A stretch of 55,292 nt of DNA, filler included, from Sphacelaria rigidula (lineage: Eukaryota), in NCBI GenBank assembly GCA_964200075.2. It is 4 parts of 4 records of this genome, joined end to end, with 100 filler letters (N's around TTAATTAATTAA, not from the genome) between each part and the next. Parts side by side here need not be neighbours in the genome. Positions count along the whole stretch, not along the records: positions 1 to 13,750 come from CAXNAA020002688.1; 3 more parts are not named here. One strand, given 5' to 3'. Positions within the stretch are counted from its first letter, which is position 1; each line of letters opens with the position of its first letter. Below are positions 1 through 13,300 of this stretch, in pieces. The translations under genes and the position numbers were made by a program. The notes under the pieces are model-generated. The model was not told the DNA's origin, ran no database searches, and saw nothing but the letters and a program-made list of their open reading frames with translations.

Positions 1-482
1 CCCCCCCCCCTCCTCCGCGCCGCGCCCCGTCCCCTTGGCCCCCAACCAAAAAAAACTTGTTTTTTTTTTCCTCCCCCCCCCCCCCCCCCCCCCGTCAAGA
101 ACGATGCTTTGAAGCTAACTCAAGTATCACTTTGATGGGGTCCACATATATTGGATATAATATGGTGAAAACAAAGGAGCAGTCACTGAAATGGATCACG
201 ACCATTCTGGAAACACAGTAATGTCCACTCGTCAACTTGCCAATTCCCATACGGCGAGTTTCATCAGCGGATACAGCATTATTTTCGACTCTAATGGTAA
301 TACTGACAACAAACGCGAAAAATCAAATTCAAGTTGTACAGTAATAAAAAATTGGGAGAAAAAAATGGCAACTTGCAAACAAAAACACTCAAAAGCGACG
401 CAAAACACAATCCAGCGGAAAACAGAAACAAAAAAAAGAAAAAGGCATTTCAAGTATGTATCACAGCATTCATCCAACTCAC

Positions 483-3266
483 TTGGGAAGTACCCTTGGC
501 AGCAGATGTAGTTGTCAAGGTTGCCTTCGAGCGCACGCTTCCGGACGATGAACTGAGCGCAGCACGTGCAAAAGCATCCGAAGCAACACCCTGCGCGACA
601 GACAAGACGGACCCCAAGTTGCTCAGTCGAAGGCAGAGGGTGGGCTTTCAGCTCTCCACGAAACAGCTGTTCGCCATGGTAGTTTTGACTATGAAAAGGT
701 TTTCGTAGGGGTTGGGTACCGACCCAGCCACCCAGTGTATACTACATACTGGCTGCGCTAGCAGCGTATACTGGGTCCTCCCAGTACCATGGGTCCGCGG
801 AGACATCCCGATAGAGGGGGAAACATGCCGGAGGCACATTTTGAAGACATCTGAATTCACTGGAGCAATGCAGTGCGATTCGGCTTCGCTTGCGGCGCGA
901 TTAGATGGCAATCCGTCGACATGCATGGGAGAAAAAATGCTGACAGTTTCGCACGCTCATTCTCCACCACCAGTACACCTGTCAGTACCTCTAGTACTGC
1001 CAGTGTATGTTCTGGTCACCGGCAGTACCAAGTCGTGTTTTTTTTCGTGTGATCACATATCTTGGCAGACTGAAAAGCCAGCGGGGCATTCCATCTTGGT
1101 AACTGACAATCAGATTGCTCCATTCCACATGGAAACATCTCGACGAGTAGTCCAAAGCGCAGTGTGCATGCGGTCTAATCTCGGGGCCAATCACACCCAC
1201 CTTCACATGTCCCAACACACTACATAAAGTACAGTAGTGCCCTAACGCACAGCACCAGTTAAACCGCAGCGTCTTGTTCGGTTTACGCACGACGAGGCGG
1301 CCAACACACCATGGGGTTTGTAACAGTCAGTGTGTAGACAGCACTTCGTGCAGACCAAGGATATTTCCGATGAGACGAACACAACAATATCGCAGCTCAG
1401 TCATTACGAGGTGTCAAACTCCGCCTAGCTCTCTTTTGGGGCGTAAAACGACTAGAAAGCTCCAAAAAGCCCCTTTTGCAGATTTTTATTCTTGTCCAGT
1501 AAAAGGAGCGGCCTCAGACGAATATAATCACGATTCCGACATATTTTCGCCCCCATACGCACGCACACACTGTGCAACCCCCAGATTCAGCAAGATGGGA
1601 TTGGTGTCTTGTGGTCTACATGACATGAGGTCCGTGTTTCGGCGCGTGAAAGCACCGACAGAACTTGCACGGCCGTGCCTACTGAGGTGAGCACCTTTAC
1701 AGGCGATACCAAGATGGGTACCGCGTAGAATAACATCATCCAGTGTGTGCCCACTATGCATTGATGTTTGTTAGTCGGGGCAGGAGCCACCCAGCAGGTC
1801 ATGATGTGAAAGGGAGCGCATCTATCTGCGTGTCCACATATGCATCCACTGACGTCTCACGCAGTCTGGGCGGCGGAGACGCCGTTTTGAGGGCATATCG
1901 ACGGTATAGCCCAAATTCTGCATTTGTTGGGGTGCGTGAGACGCACGTCCCAACACGAGGGGAATATGCTGTCTATGTTGTGGTTCACGTCTTTTCCAAG
2001 TTTCAGGCCAGTTCCTCCAGACACGGCGGAGAAATCCACAAGCGAAGTAATGCTTGACTTTTACTGAAAATGCAGTACTAAACTGCCAAAGATAAATGAG
2101 GTGCGGATGATTGTTGTACGCGAGCATCTTGGCATTTGAGTTGCATTTGGGGGAGGGCGGAAGACTGAATCTGTGCTTGCCAACATACGGCAGTTAACCC
2201 AATAATCTGTGAAGATCGCCGGAGATTTTATTGCACACGGATTCTTGTTCAGCGGCCACTCTCGAAATCTTGGAGCCATGCGAATCTGAAAAGTGGCCCA
2301 GGCTCCTCTCTATGGGGTGATGCAATGTGTCCAAGACGTGTGTTTGCGATTTTCCCTGTTTGGGGATCAAAAAGCGTGTCAAATGTCCCAAAAGTGAACA
2401 GTCCGTGAGCCAAAAAATTGTGTGCCATAACATCCGGCCTGAACCCCAAATGTGGTATACTCCAACTCAGTCCACCAGGGGGGGGGGGGTCGCTGTCCAA
2501 GGGTTAACCAGGTCTGGCAATAGATCAGCTTATGACTGACTGCAAAATTCTCCGAAAAAACGTGATCGTCTCCTTTCCGGCAATTTGTTTTCGAGAGAAG
2601 TCGGCAAAAATTCCCATTATTTCGGGAAAAACTGCAAAAAAACGGGAAAAACGCCCCGTCGATGAGATGCCTGACGCGAAGAATGGGATTTTGGCCGCCT
2701 CCCCAAAAGTGTCAGCTTTTCGCGGATCCATTATATTGTATCCGCTCCGGAAAAATGTGGGTATAGTACCCGTTTCTGACTCGACTACTCCGCGTCGTGC
2801 ACTCACAGCAAGTGTTCTTGCAGGGCGCCTCCATCATCCCGATCTGAAACTGGTTGACATTGTCGTAGTACCCATCCAGCTTAGATCCGGGCACCGGATC
2901 ATCCTTCACGCAAATCAAGCAGCACGCCTAGGAGAAAGAAAAAGGGGCAAGAGACCACGACAAATGACAGCGATCAGACAAAACTCAGCGCGGTTTCCCT
3001 TACGAAATGCTTCTCAGAAAAAAAATCCTGCCTGTTGTCTCTAAACTTGTGTGTACAATGCACGTTACCCCTCGAACGTACGCTACTCTAAATACGTACC
3101 TGTTGAAAACACCTGCATGCTGCCTTGGGTTGCTTTGAACTTTTGATTGTCGTGGTTGGAGACGGTCCTAAACGAAGACCATCCCCCGCCGCAACCTTAG
3201 ATAAAACTTACAAAAAACAACAAACTATAACGCAACTTACATCCAAGCTTACCGGAAGGGACTCAT
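483..3266 (-). CDS. PLAC8-family cysteine-rich protein, spliced, 3' part missing (runs off contig 1)
   Basis: Exon 2927-2807 (ctag| ... |gtgagt) and exon 590-483 (gcag| ... |gtgagt) join in phase (T|GG = W). They give ACCLICVKDDPVPGSKLDGYYDNVNQFQIGMMEAPCKNTCWCCFGCFCTCCAQFIVRKRALEGNLDNYICCQGYFP. The CC..CxCC..RKRAL..YxCCxGY pattern matches the plant/protist PLAC8 subfamily. The start is uncertain: ATG at 3118 (ATG CAG|gt), or micro-exons 3266-3253 + 3112-3100. Confidence 0.85.
1545..2070 (+). repeat. Dispersed non-coding repeat family A, diverged copy in PLAC8 intron
   Basis: Colinear similarity to 3679-4315 and 8043-8690, e.g. gagggcatatcgacgg and gagaaatccacaag. Ends are approximate. Confidence 0.6.
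2194..2507. mobile_element. Possible piggyBac-type MITE
   Basis: Bounded by TTAA|CCC (2194-2200) and GGG|TTAA (2501-2507). The inverted match does not extend beyond 7 bp. Confidence 0.3.
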
Positions 3267-3678
3267 GATGTAAGGTGTAAAGTGCTCTAAATTATTTACC
3301 GGAGAATTTTGGCATGGGATCTGTTTTCGAAAATTTTAGGATTTAGTATGGTGTAGAGTGAGTTCATTTTCGAAGATAATATCTCCAAGGTGGCTGGTTC
3401 CTCCAGCAGTGAGTATCAGAGTGGTCAGCTACCAAAATTTACGGTGCATTACCGTGGTGCCCGGATACCGTGGTGAAAGCAACCGACGTCAAAAGGCACA
3501 CCGAAGTGAGCATTGATTTCGATTTCATGATTGATTACGTATTCAGTAGTATTTCGTGGTGTTTACTGTTTCCATCATCTTTATACTATTTTTTCCCTGC
3601 AGTCTCTTCTTCATCCAAATCATAAAATTCAATTCCAACCAACGATCCAACTATCCTCATTTTCCCATGCAAAACTTC

Positions 3679-4315
3679 CAGTGTTGCGTCAAAAAAAAAT
3701 CGTAACACAATTTGACCGCTTTTCCCCCTTGTGCGCACTGCCGCAACGCGTAGCACCAGAGAGAGTGATTTGAAACTGTTGACTATGGTTCTCCTAACAT
3801 ATGACCGAAGTTGTAGCCCCTTTCAGCGTCTACAGCGCGCGTAGGGCCGTGCGTCGTGAACTGCGCACCTCTACAGACAATATGCCGATTGGTATACTAC
3901 CGATAGTCATGATCAAGAATATGGACCGGCGTCAGTTTGCTACAATATCGGCCGCCCAGCCGCTCCAGATGTTGCACTTGGTAGACCTGCGCGTGCATAT
4001 ATGTCTTCATCTCTAATGCACGAAGTGTGGACTGCGGGATAGCCGCTTTGAGGGCGCATCGACGGCATCCCCCTAAATTGGTTGTGGCTATGTTGGTAAT
4101 TTATGCGGGGCTCGATCGTGCGGGTGCTTGGCACATATGCTGCCTGTGGTGTGTCCGACCGGTGTGCAAAATTTCATCAGGGAACGCGCAGACGCAGGCG
4201 AGAAATCCACAAGTCAAGTTACTCTGAAAATCAGCACTTCACCGTGGGAAAGTATCCAAATAAATACGAGATTCGGTTACGCGCTGGTTACGCCGCATAT
4301 CAGATCCGGTTACGC
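3679..4315 (+). repeat. Dispersed non-coding repeat family A
   Basis: Shares aacatatgaccgaagtt and the identical 20-mer ggttacgccgcatatcagat (4286-4305 = 8657-8676) with the copy at 8043-8690. Confidence 0.8.
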
Positions 4316-7300
4316 AGTATTGCGGTACTGTATTGTCAAATGCAGTACAGACAGTTCAGACAGTATTGCATCACAATTATACTGCACTTTGTTATGGTCG
4401 AGACAGAGTTTTCAAATTTGAATTGCCACCAGCTGCGCCGCCAGGCATGCATGCAAACGATCATGCAGTTCTCATTTGTGCTGGAGGCAATTGAGATGCT
4501 TCTTTTTTAGACGGATTGCACGGTCCGCATACTATCCCCTAAGCGTAGTGACAAATGGGAAAGCGAACGATGGCCGCTATCTATCGGCGTACCATGGGGT
4601 ACGCAAGGCACCCGTGCCGGGCAACACCATGCACACCACCGAACGCAAGACATCGTCACGTTTTCAGCCTGCAACTTGCGCCGAAGATTCTGCGTCAAAC
4701 ATAGCTTTGCAGATATGCCGCGTGTTGGGCCGTAGGTCCTTCCCAAGGAGCTCCTGGCTCGTGTGGATTATGCCTACTTTCGGGATCCTCTAAAGCTGAT
4801 GTTGTATACGATGACTCTTGTACGCGAAAATCGGCACACATTTGACTATTTTTTTTCTCCTCTTGGCGCAACACTGTTCTGGAGGACGTGACCCACCCCA
4901 ACGAATTTGAGAAACGTTCTTGCTCAAGGGAGGCATTGAATAATGAAAACAGAAAGCACCGTGTTGTAGTGTGTTTAGTATGTAGCATGTACTCCGTCAG
5001 AGTGGACGCTGTACCGTTTACTTACGTGCGCATGTGTCAGTAACGCCGTCACGAACTCCAATATTGTATTTGTTCTCGATTTTTTCATTTGTTGTCTTCT
5101 GTTTTCCATCATTTGCTTCCTTAACTTGATAGTTTAAGCAATCATCAATCTTTTCATTTCATTTGTTTCATTTCATCTTCATCAGGGGGGATACGTGGAA
5201 CGTATGCTTCCTACATAGAGACTATGGCGGGTACCCCACCTTTCACGCCACCTCGTTTGTGTGGGGATCCATCGTAGAATTGGATTGGTTTTACAGGGGT
5301 TCATAAGGGGGATGGTGGTCCACGACATCCTAGTACCTTACCCCCACCCCCGGGAGAGGTGCCAAATAAAAAAGGGTACGTGGTCAGAGTGTGTGGGGGA
5401 TATTTGTCGTGCGCCCTTGACCACGCCCTCCACGATTGTGCTTGTTCAGACCCATGTGGGGAGTCGATACACACATCACCCAGGAGGTGGGGGTTTGCCC
5501 AGGCCGGACGTTTGCGTGACGGCTGTTGGCAGTCGTTACCGCTCGGGGGTCAAGCGCCAGAAATCTAAAGATCCGAAAATTTGAAAAGCTGGCAACGGTA
5601 CGAAGCTTGTGGAGAGCGGAACGGGTATCAGATTGACGAGTTTTTATTTTCCGTCAAGAAGACTCTAATGCGCCACTGGAGAATAGTACAGTATGATACA
5701 TGTATTCACAGACTGTACTGCAACAGACAGTGGGGCCCAGGACACACGCGAGTGGGAAGACTATTCGCGGTCGGAATGTCCCGCAGTGCCGACCCGCCAC
5801 CAGCAACCGAAGTTTTGGGCGTAGACCGGAACACACGTGACCCTACGACCTCCCTCGAAAAATATACTCCGTACATTTAATATATAAGAATTAGAACAGC
5901 ATCAGTGATCCTGCTCGACTTCTCGTCATAATCTCACGTCCAACACGAACAACCCGAGACCCTCCGTGTTTTACTTACAAGCGGGCATTCGATCGTGCCG
6001 AGTAAGCGATCACAACGAGGGTGTGCCAAACATCGGGCAAAATGATGGGGATCGGCGACTTGTAGACCAACGTGATTTACACGGCTTTTTCCGGCTCTTG
6101 GAAGCACCACGCATAATATTATCCGTGTGTCTCGGCCCCAAGAAGCAACACACATAAGTTTATCCGTGGACCACGAACGGTTGTACTATGCTCCTATGCA
6201 CGAACGGTTGTACTATGCTCCTCGGTAGAGTTCACCACTAGCGTAGGGTATTGGATTTTAGTTAGGTGTAAATCTGGATCTTTGATGAGGTGCTGCTGTG
6301 CTCCTGGGGGCTTCATATGTAGTGTGCGCGGGACGGTCGGTACCGTATGCGAAATGCGTGTCACAGGAACGGCCCCGATAAGCTCCTAGTTTGGCATTGC
6401 CATCAAGAAGCATGGGTCAATATAGTACGATGGTAGAGTAGTTCCACCACTGTTGTCACGAGGTGCTACTTCTTTCGTGGGGAAAGCTGGACAGTTGGAC
6501 TGACTTTCGTTCCCATCTCGTCCTCTGGGTGCTCGCACCAATTCCAATATATTAGTCAGAGAAAATACATGTAACGGCGTACATGACCGAACGGCATAAC
6601 AGCACAGTCAGTAGTACAGCGGCAGCTGCATGGTGCGGCCGAGAAACCGAGCTAAAATGGCTCCCAAAAAGCGCGCAGCTTTACCGCGGACGACAGCAAC
6701 TACACACGTCGTACAGTCAATTATTCCATACGCCGAACAGGTCAACGCTTCATCCTCTGACCTGTGAAATAAACTGCACGTTCGGTCTGGGCAGACACTA
6801 AGACTGACACAAGTAAGCTGTGCTGCACAGCATGCATGCACAAGGCAAACACACCGGAGAACGGACGCCATGGCGTTTCGGCTGTTCAAGACATTTGGAC
6901 ATGCGCGGGAGAGGATAATGTTCTCTTACGTTGTTGTTGCTTCTGGTGTGCGGTTGTTGCCGGTGTGCGGTTGTTGTCGGAATTCAAAATGCCTAAAAAA
7001 TAGGGAACTGTCCAAGAGCAAGAGCAAGAGCAACAGCATCCAGTTCCCTGCGGTATCCACATGCACTATCAAGAATATAAGGTACACAGTGACACTCAAA
7101 TTATGATTATTAGGACAATGAGTCTTATACAAATTTCATCTTGGCCACATACCGCACTACACAGTGCCGAACTGAACATGATGGGGCAAACAAGATATCA
7201 AGATGGCTTGAGCAATTCAATGTTGTACTGTACTATATAATGGACATGGTAGATGAGACACATCGCATTTGGTACAGTGTGAGCGCACAGACAGCCCAAC

Positions 7301-8042
7301 CCTTTCCGAACACCACAGTAGTACCCTAGTACCGTGCCATCAGCAGAACCGTTCTCCCTCAAGAAGTCTTCCATCGTGCGCACCATATGATTCAAACCCC
7401 TGCCCCCAAATTCTTTTCTGCGAATACTCATATGTGATGCTACCCAAAGCTCACCATTATAAACCAGCTGTCCTTTCTATGGAGGTGGCGTTGACAAGTA
7501 GTGTAGATCCGATCTCCAGCAGAGTGCCAATGGCCATGCTGAACAGCTCAACAGACATTTCATTTTTTCTGTATCATGAATATGCCACCATGCAGACCCG
7601 CAGTTCTAAAAAAATATTTCGATTGGTACGACAATCCACTTGAAGAGCATACTCACTGCTTCATCTTGCCTGCAAGACCGCATATTTCATATGCCAGGCA
7701 TCTCCTGCTTTTTAGGGGGTAATAGTACGATCCAAACGGCACAGAAAGAAAACTGCGGGAGCATATCACAGCAGGAATAAATTTGCGTGAAGATTTTCGA
7801 CTTCCTAAATATCCAGACCAACGATCCTTTTGCGTGACATGTAGACCGCCCCGCTAACTGAAGACCGTTCCTAAGAATTATCCAGCATCATGCTTTTCTA
7901 ACAACACTATAGAGGCAGGTGACTGAAAATTCTAATTTATAACGCGGGGGTTGCATTCGAACCGGCGGTGCTTCGTCAAAGATATGGCAACATAAAACTT
8001 GCATAGCATAGCATGTGCTATGTCGTCATACAATTTATGCTT

Positions 8043-8690
8043 TCAGTGTTACGCCAAAAGAAGAAGACGTTTCGGAACAGGATCTCATCACTTTCCCCTC
8101 TAGTGCGCACTGCTGCAGCGCACAGCACCAGAGATGGCGGAGTGAAACTGTTGGATATTGTTCGCATAACATATGACCGAAGTTTCAGCTCCTTGCAGCG
8201 GCTACAGCGCGCATACGGCCGTGCGTCATGAACTGTTGTGCACTTCCACAGACTTTACGCCGATTGGTACACTATGGGTGGTCATAATCCAGAAAGGGTC
8301 ATTGTACCAATGGGGGCCCGCTTGCTACCACATCGATCGGCCAGCCGCTCAAGATGTCGAACTTAATGCTCCCGCGCGTTCATGTATGCACTAACCTGTA
8401 GTGCACAAAGTCTGGGCTGCAGGAATGTCGATTCAAGGGCGCATCGACGCCATTCTCCGAAATCGCTCGTCGCCATGTTATAATTTTGTCCGGGGCCCAA
8501 TCGTGCGGGCGCTCGGTCCATATGTTACCTGTGTTGTGTCCGACTAGTGCGTGAAGTTCTATAAAGGAAGGCACAGTCGCAGGCGATAAATCCACGAGCA
8601 AAGTTGCTCTGTAATTGGGAATTTACCGTAGCAAACTATCCAAAAACATGAGATGCGGTTACGCCGCATATCAGATGCAGTTACGTCGCG
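8043..8690 (+). repeat. Dispersed non-coding repeat family A
   Basis: Colinear with 3679-4315 over about 600 bp. Confidence 0.8.
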
Positions 8691-8894
8691 TATATCGCTT
8701 ACTTACGCCGCCACATTTCTGTGGCATACCTGCATCTCTTCGGCTGCATGATATCGGAGGGAACGGCAAATGTAGAAGTTTGTATGAGGGCCTAGCGGAT
8801 TAAGGTTCGGCACATGGCCCTCCGGTAAGTCAGGGGTTTCATGGTGTCAACGGCAATGCCCATTGCAAACGCAGAGATGTATCATATCTAGGGC

Positions 8895-8930
8895 ACGACG
8901 ACGACGACGACGACGACGAACAACAACAAT

Positions 8931-9028
<98 letters not shown>
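8895..9028. repeat. Compound microsatellite (ACG)n(AAC)n
   Basis: Read directly from the sequence. Confidence 0.98.
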
Positions 9029-9029
<1 letters not shown>

Positions 9030-10399
9030 CATGCCCTTCTGCCGTGTCGCCGGGGGAAATGATTCCCAGCGTGCATTCTTCACAAAGTACTTCGTGTCCT
9101 GGCACTCATGAGCGTGGGGCGGAGCGAACACGCCGCGAAGCCTTCGCCGTGCTCAAACGGTGGGGGCTGACATCACTACGGCACCAAACATTCGTGCATT
9201 AACACATCATCTGAGGAAATTCCCATCTGGGATCGCACGATGCCATCTCTGTTGGACTGCGGCAAAAATCCTCTATGAACCATATTCCAGGCGGCAAAGG
9301 ACGGACATTGTCAACATCTCTCCTCAACTCGTCAGAACAAGACAATAGCCCGACCATTGAAAGCATTTCTTCCTCTTTCATAGGAGCAGAATAAACCCGG
9401 GGCCCATCGTCATACCATCCCTCAAAGTGTCTCCAACAACTCGCCATGTGCGAATCAAACAGCGGCTCAATGACAAAGATCGAAATCACGAACAACGCTG
9501 CAGCATCGCTCCACAGCCGCCCTATCGTTTGCACCGGGAATCAAAATACTCAGCAGCAGCAGAATACGCCCGCCCATCAAAGCCTTAACTGCCGGCGCCG
9601 CCACCATTGAAACGCAGCTGTGCTTGCAGAGCAGTTCCCATGAGGTGAAAAACCGCCGACAATCGCATGTGACATTACTAGATTTACGGTCAACTTAGTC
9701 TCGTGTGATCCATTGTCCGGCCTCGTCATTCCTCGCGCACCTCGCCGACATCGATGCGAACCTAGCAGGAAACATGAAACACGTGGTGGACGTCCAAGGT
9801 GCAGGTCAAAGACAGAACGAGCGTCAGTCGGGTTCCACCCATGTCTCATGGGGTAGTACTTCGGGATGGTTTTACGAGTGGAATTTGGATTCCTGCAATT
9901 GTCCGCAACCCTCCACCTTGTGCAGCCAAAGACTTCTCCTGTATGTTGGAGCACATCGGCTATTCAGTGCGCGATGGGTATAGCCTGGAGGGAATTGAAG
10001 AGGGGTATGTCCTCAGCCAAGTTCGGTGGTATTCCCGTCACATAGCACGCGCTGAGTAATGGGGACCCACGCTCATATATTCCACCCCAATCGTATCATG
10101 TATCATACACCGTCGCGAATTTCTCCTCCCTGCCGCACCCCGCGCGCCCCTCGCCTGCTATTGCGTGCCGGGACAATATCTGTATGTTTCCAGACGTCAA
10201 TTACTCCTGTTCGACACCAACGACGGCCAATCAATATGTATAGAGCTTATGCTTCTTTTTTAACGGCTGCAGTCGCCTAGTAAACAAATACGACAACATT
10301 TTCCCGGGCGACGCCGTTATGGCCGCTTGGGGAGCAAATATGGGTTGCATCAGGTGTCATACATTGCGCCCAAAGATGCAGCGGTTGCGAGGGAGGAGC

Positions 10400-13300
10400 G
10401 TACTCATTTGTTGCTTGCCTTAGTCGTTTCACCATTGACCACGCATCCCTTTCGAGACGAAGCACTGTTCCTACTCCTAATAGGGACACCTCCAACATTC
10501 TGGCGTCATTACGTTTCTCCCATACATTGCACAAATACCGTTCACATACATTATCCCCGTCCGATCTCGTCATCTGTGGTCACCATCTATCTCCTAGTAT
10601 AGCCATCGTTTTCTCGCTACTGTCCAATGCATCAAACGGTTACATGCCAGCTTCGTTCACGTCCCGCATTTCCCCTGTTAGCACGCCTCATTCCTCCTTG
10701 TATAGTTCACATTCTGCCACTGACTTCTGCTTTCTATTGCTTTGCCACAGAGGCAGTTCTGTCCGTCTACTTCTGTTCCTTGACACATGATCCATAAAGA
10801 GGGACAGCTGGACACGACTGATGAAGTCGATCAAAGGACACGGCTGAGCCGATCATATTTATATAGAAGAGTAGTAGTACATCGCTTGACTAAGCAGTCA
10901 GGAAGGAAACAGAAGGAAGAGAATAAGAGAAGGAAGAGAAGGAAGTGACTGAGTGTGGCTACCTCAACACCATGACAAGTAGACCTCCCCAGCCAGACAT
11001 CACGTACGTAAGTACAAGATATACGCCTACTATATTATCAAATCCCACCGCATGTAACCGACACTGTCGAGTAAAGACAGATACCTTCGTACCGTGGTGT
11101 GTCAGTACTGCAGACTACACTGAAAAGGCTGTTCACACCAACAACTTCCTCCTCCACACGACTGCTGGCATATGTCTTTATTTTTTCTGGCAGGTCCAGG
11201 TCCCCCACCCGAGATCGCAGTTTCAACTTTTTCGCCGCGTCCATTGGGCCATGCAGATATGCTTTTATTCCGATCCCCCCTCTCAACCACCCGTATATCT
11301 CCAGGTATTCTTGCTCGTCTACCTTGCGTCTGAGCGCTCCTTTCCTCCTCATTTCCACCATGTCTCTTACTTTTGGCTTGTACCCTGCGCCTTCGTCTAT
11401 GGACGGTATTTCGTGTTGGTTTCCATCTATCTCCTTCCATACTTTCTCGACTTCTTTATCCCACCTTAAAGCATGCCCTTTTGTACTTAATTTCCATACA
11501 GCCTTATCAACTATAGCTGGCAATCTCTTTCTCTACATGTTCTTTACGCTATATTGCCACTTCAATTTCTTCATGACTCTGTTTCAAGTGAGTTCATTCC
11601 CAACTCTGCTCTCAGTGCTGTATCACTCGTCGTTTTCGAGCATCCAAGTATCTTTTTAGCTGCTGTCACTTGTACTATTTTTGAATTTTTCACCAATTTC
11701 ACGTTCCCCTCCAATTCTTCTTCTGGGTATTTCAGCTTTGGTACGATCACGTTCATCAGGATACATCCCTTTATCCTAGTGTCTAGGTGCGACTCTCTGA
11801 GGATCACGCCCGTCCTTCCTATCTGTGCCTTGCCCTTTCTACTACTTTGTTCATTTTCGCATCCCAAGAATCGTGTTTTGAGATCTCTACGCCAAGGTAT
11901 GTATACTGGTCTACGATCGGCAGTTCATCTTCTCCTTAATTCCATTTCAACTCTACCAGATTTTTCTTGTCGTCGTTACAGACGAGTACCGCGCATTTGT
12001 CAACATTCGCTGTCACTCTCCATTTCCTAGTGTATTCTAGCGCTTTTTCTATTTGCCTTCATAATCCTTCTGCTGTTGCTGAAATCCCCACAACGTCATC
12101 TACGAACATCAATCCTGATATCGCATCTTTACCCACCTTGACTCCTTGATGTGCTGCTGCTATTGCTATTACCAAGTCATTAATAAATACCTTGAACAAA
12201 GTGGGTGATAACGTACATCGTTGTGGAACTCCTTGTAAAATATCGAAATATTCTGATATCTCCCCGTCTAGCATCATGGCACTTTTGGCACATCCTGTCA
12301 TCTTCTTTACCATTCACCATTCTCTACATCTTTCCTCTAATCCCAATTTTCCACAACTTCTTCCACAACCCATTTCTCCATACTGTGTCATAAGCCTTTT
12401 TGCACGTCCAGAAAGAAACAGCACGTTGTCAGCCCGGCGTCTTTCCTGCCCTAAATAATCTTACTTAGTGTGTACACATGATCTACGCAACTACGGTTTG
12501 GTCTGAAACCTGCTTGTCCCTCGCTGATTTTGTCTTCCTTTTCTAGTATCGTTCCTACTCTATCGTTTAGAATCTTACAGAATGTTTCCCCTACCGTGCT
12601 CAGTAGCGTTACTCCTCTATAGTTTCCTGGGTCAGCCTTGNNNNNNNNNCGTAAACTCTCTCTGTAGTTCTGTCGAACCACTATCCTCCCGTTTCGACGT
12701 CTCTACATTTGCTTCTGCCCACTCGCTGATCTCTTCTTCGATTCCGTGTCGATTTTTGTGTTATTGTTTCGGTGTTCCTAGTTTACGGTAATGCTCGACT
12801 AGCAATCATCTCTTCACCTTCGAACAACAGACCATTTTAGCGCTCTGTGCCCGGAGTGTAGCTATCCCGTTGTCCATCTTTCTTACCTGGTTTCCCATAA
12901 TCCATTTTATCCCTACCCACATTTGTTTCATCCCGCCATCGAAATCTTAATTTGTTTTTTGCACCACACCTTCCCAAACTTTCATGTTTTTCTTCTGTAC
13001 CATCTGTTTTACTTCCTTTCGAGCTTGAATGTACTCCTCCCATCCTAGCGTACTTTTGCTCGACATCCATCGCGCGTGGGTCTATCTCTTTACTCTTATA
13101 GCCTCTTTCACTTCCTCGTCCCACCATTTTGCTGCCCTGTTGCAGACGATCAGTTTCTTCCCTATGACTTTACTCGCTGTGTTCTTTACTATCTGCTCCA
13201 ATCCTTCTACAATCTCCGCTCCTGCCCAATTTCTTTCCATTTCGGTATCAATTGTACCTACGCGTTCCTCGGGAAATTTCAAGGCATTTTTGGCCATCTC

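Noticed and set aside
1..95. C-rich start as telomere or G-quadruplex element
   Set aside because: Homopolymer-rich contig end typical of low-quality sequence, with no regular telomeric repeat.
7140..7860. Possible transposase relic on - strand
   Set aside because: Coding-like but broken; there is no motif I can assign with confidence.
8839..9131. Poly-Cys, poly-Val and poly-Thr ORFs
   Set aside because: These are translations of the (AAC)n microsatellite.
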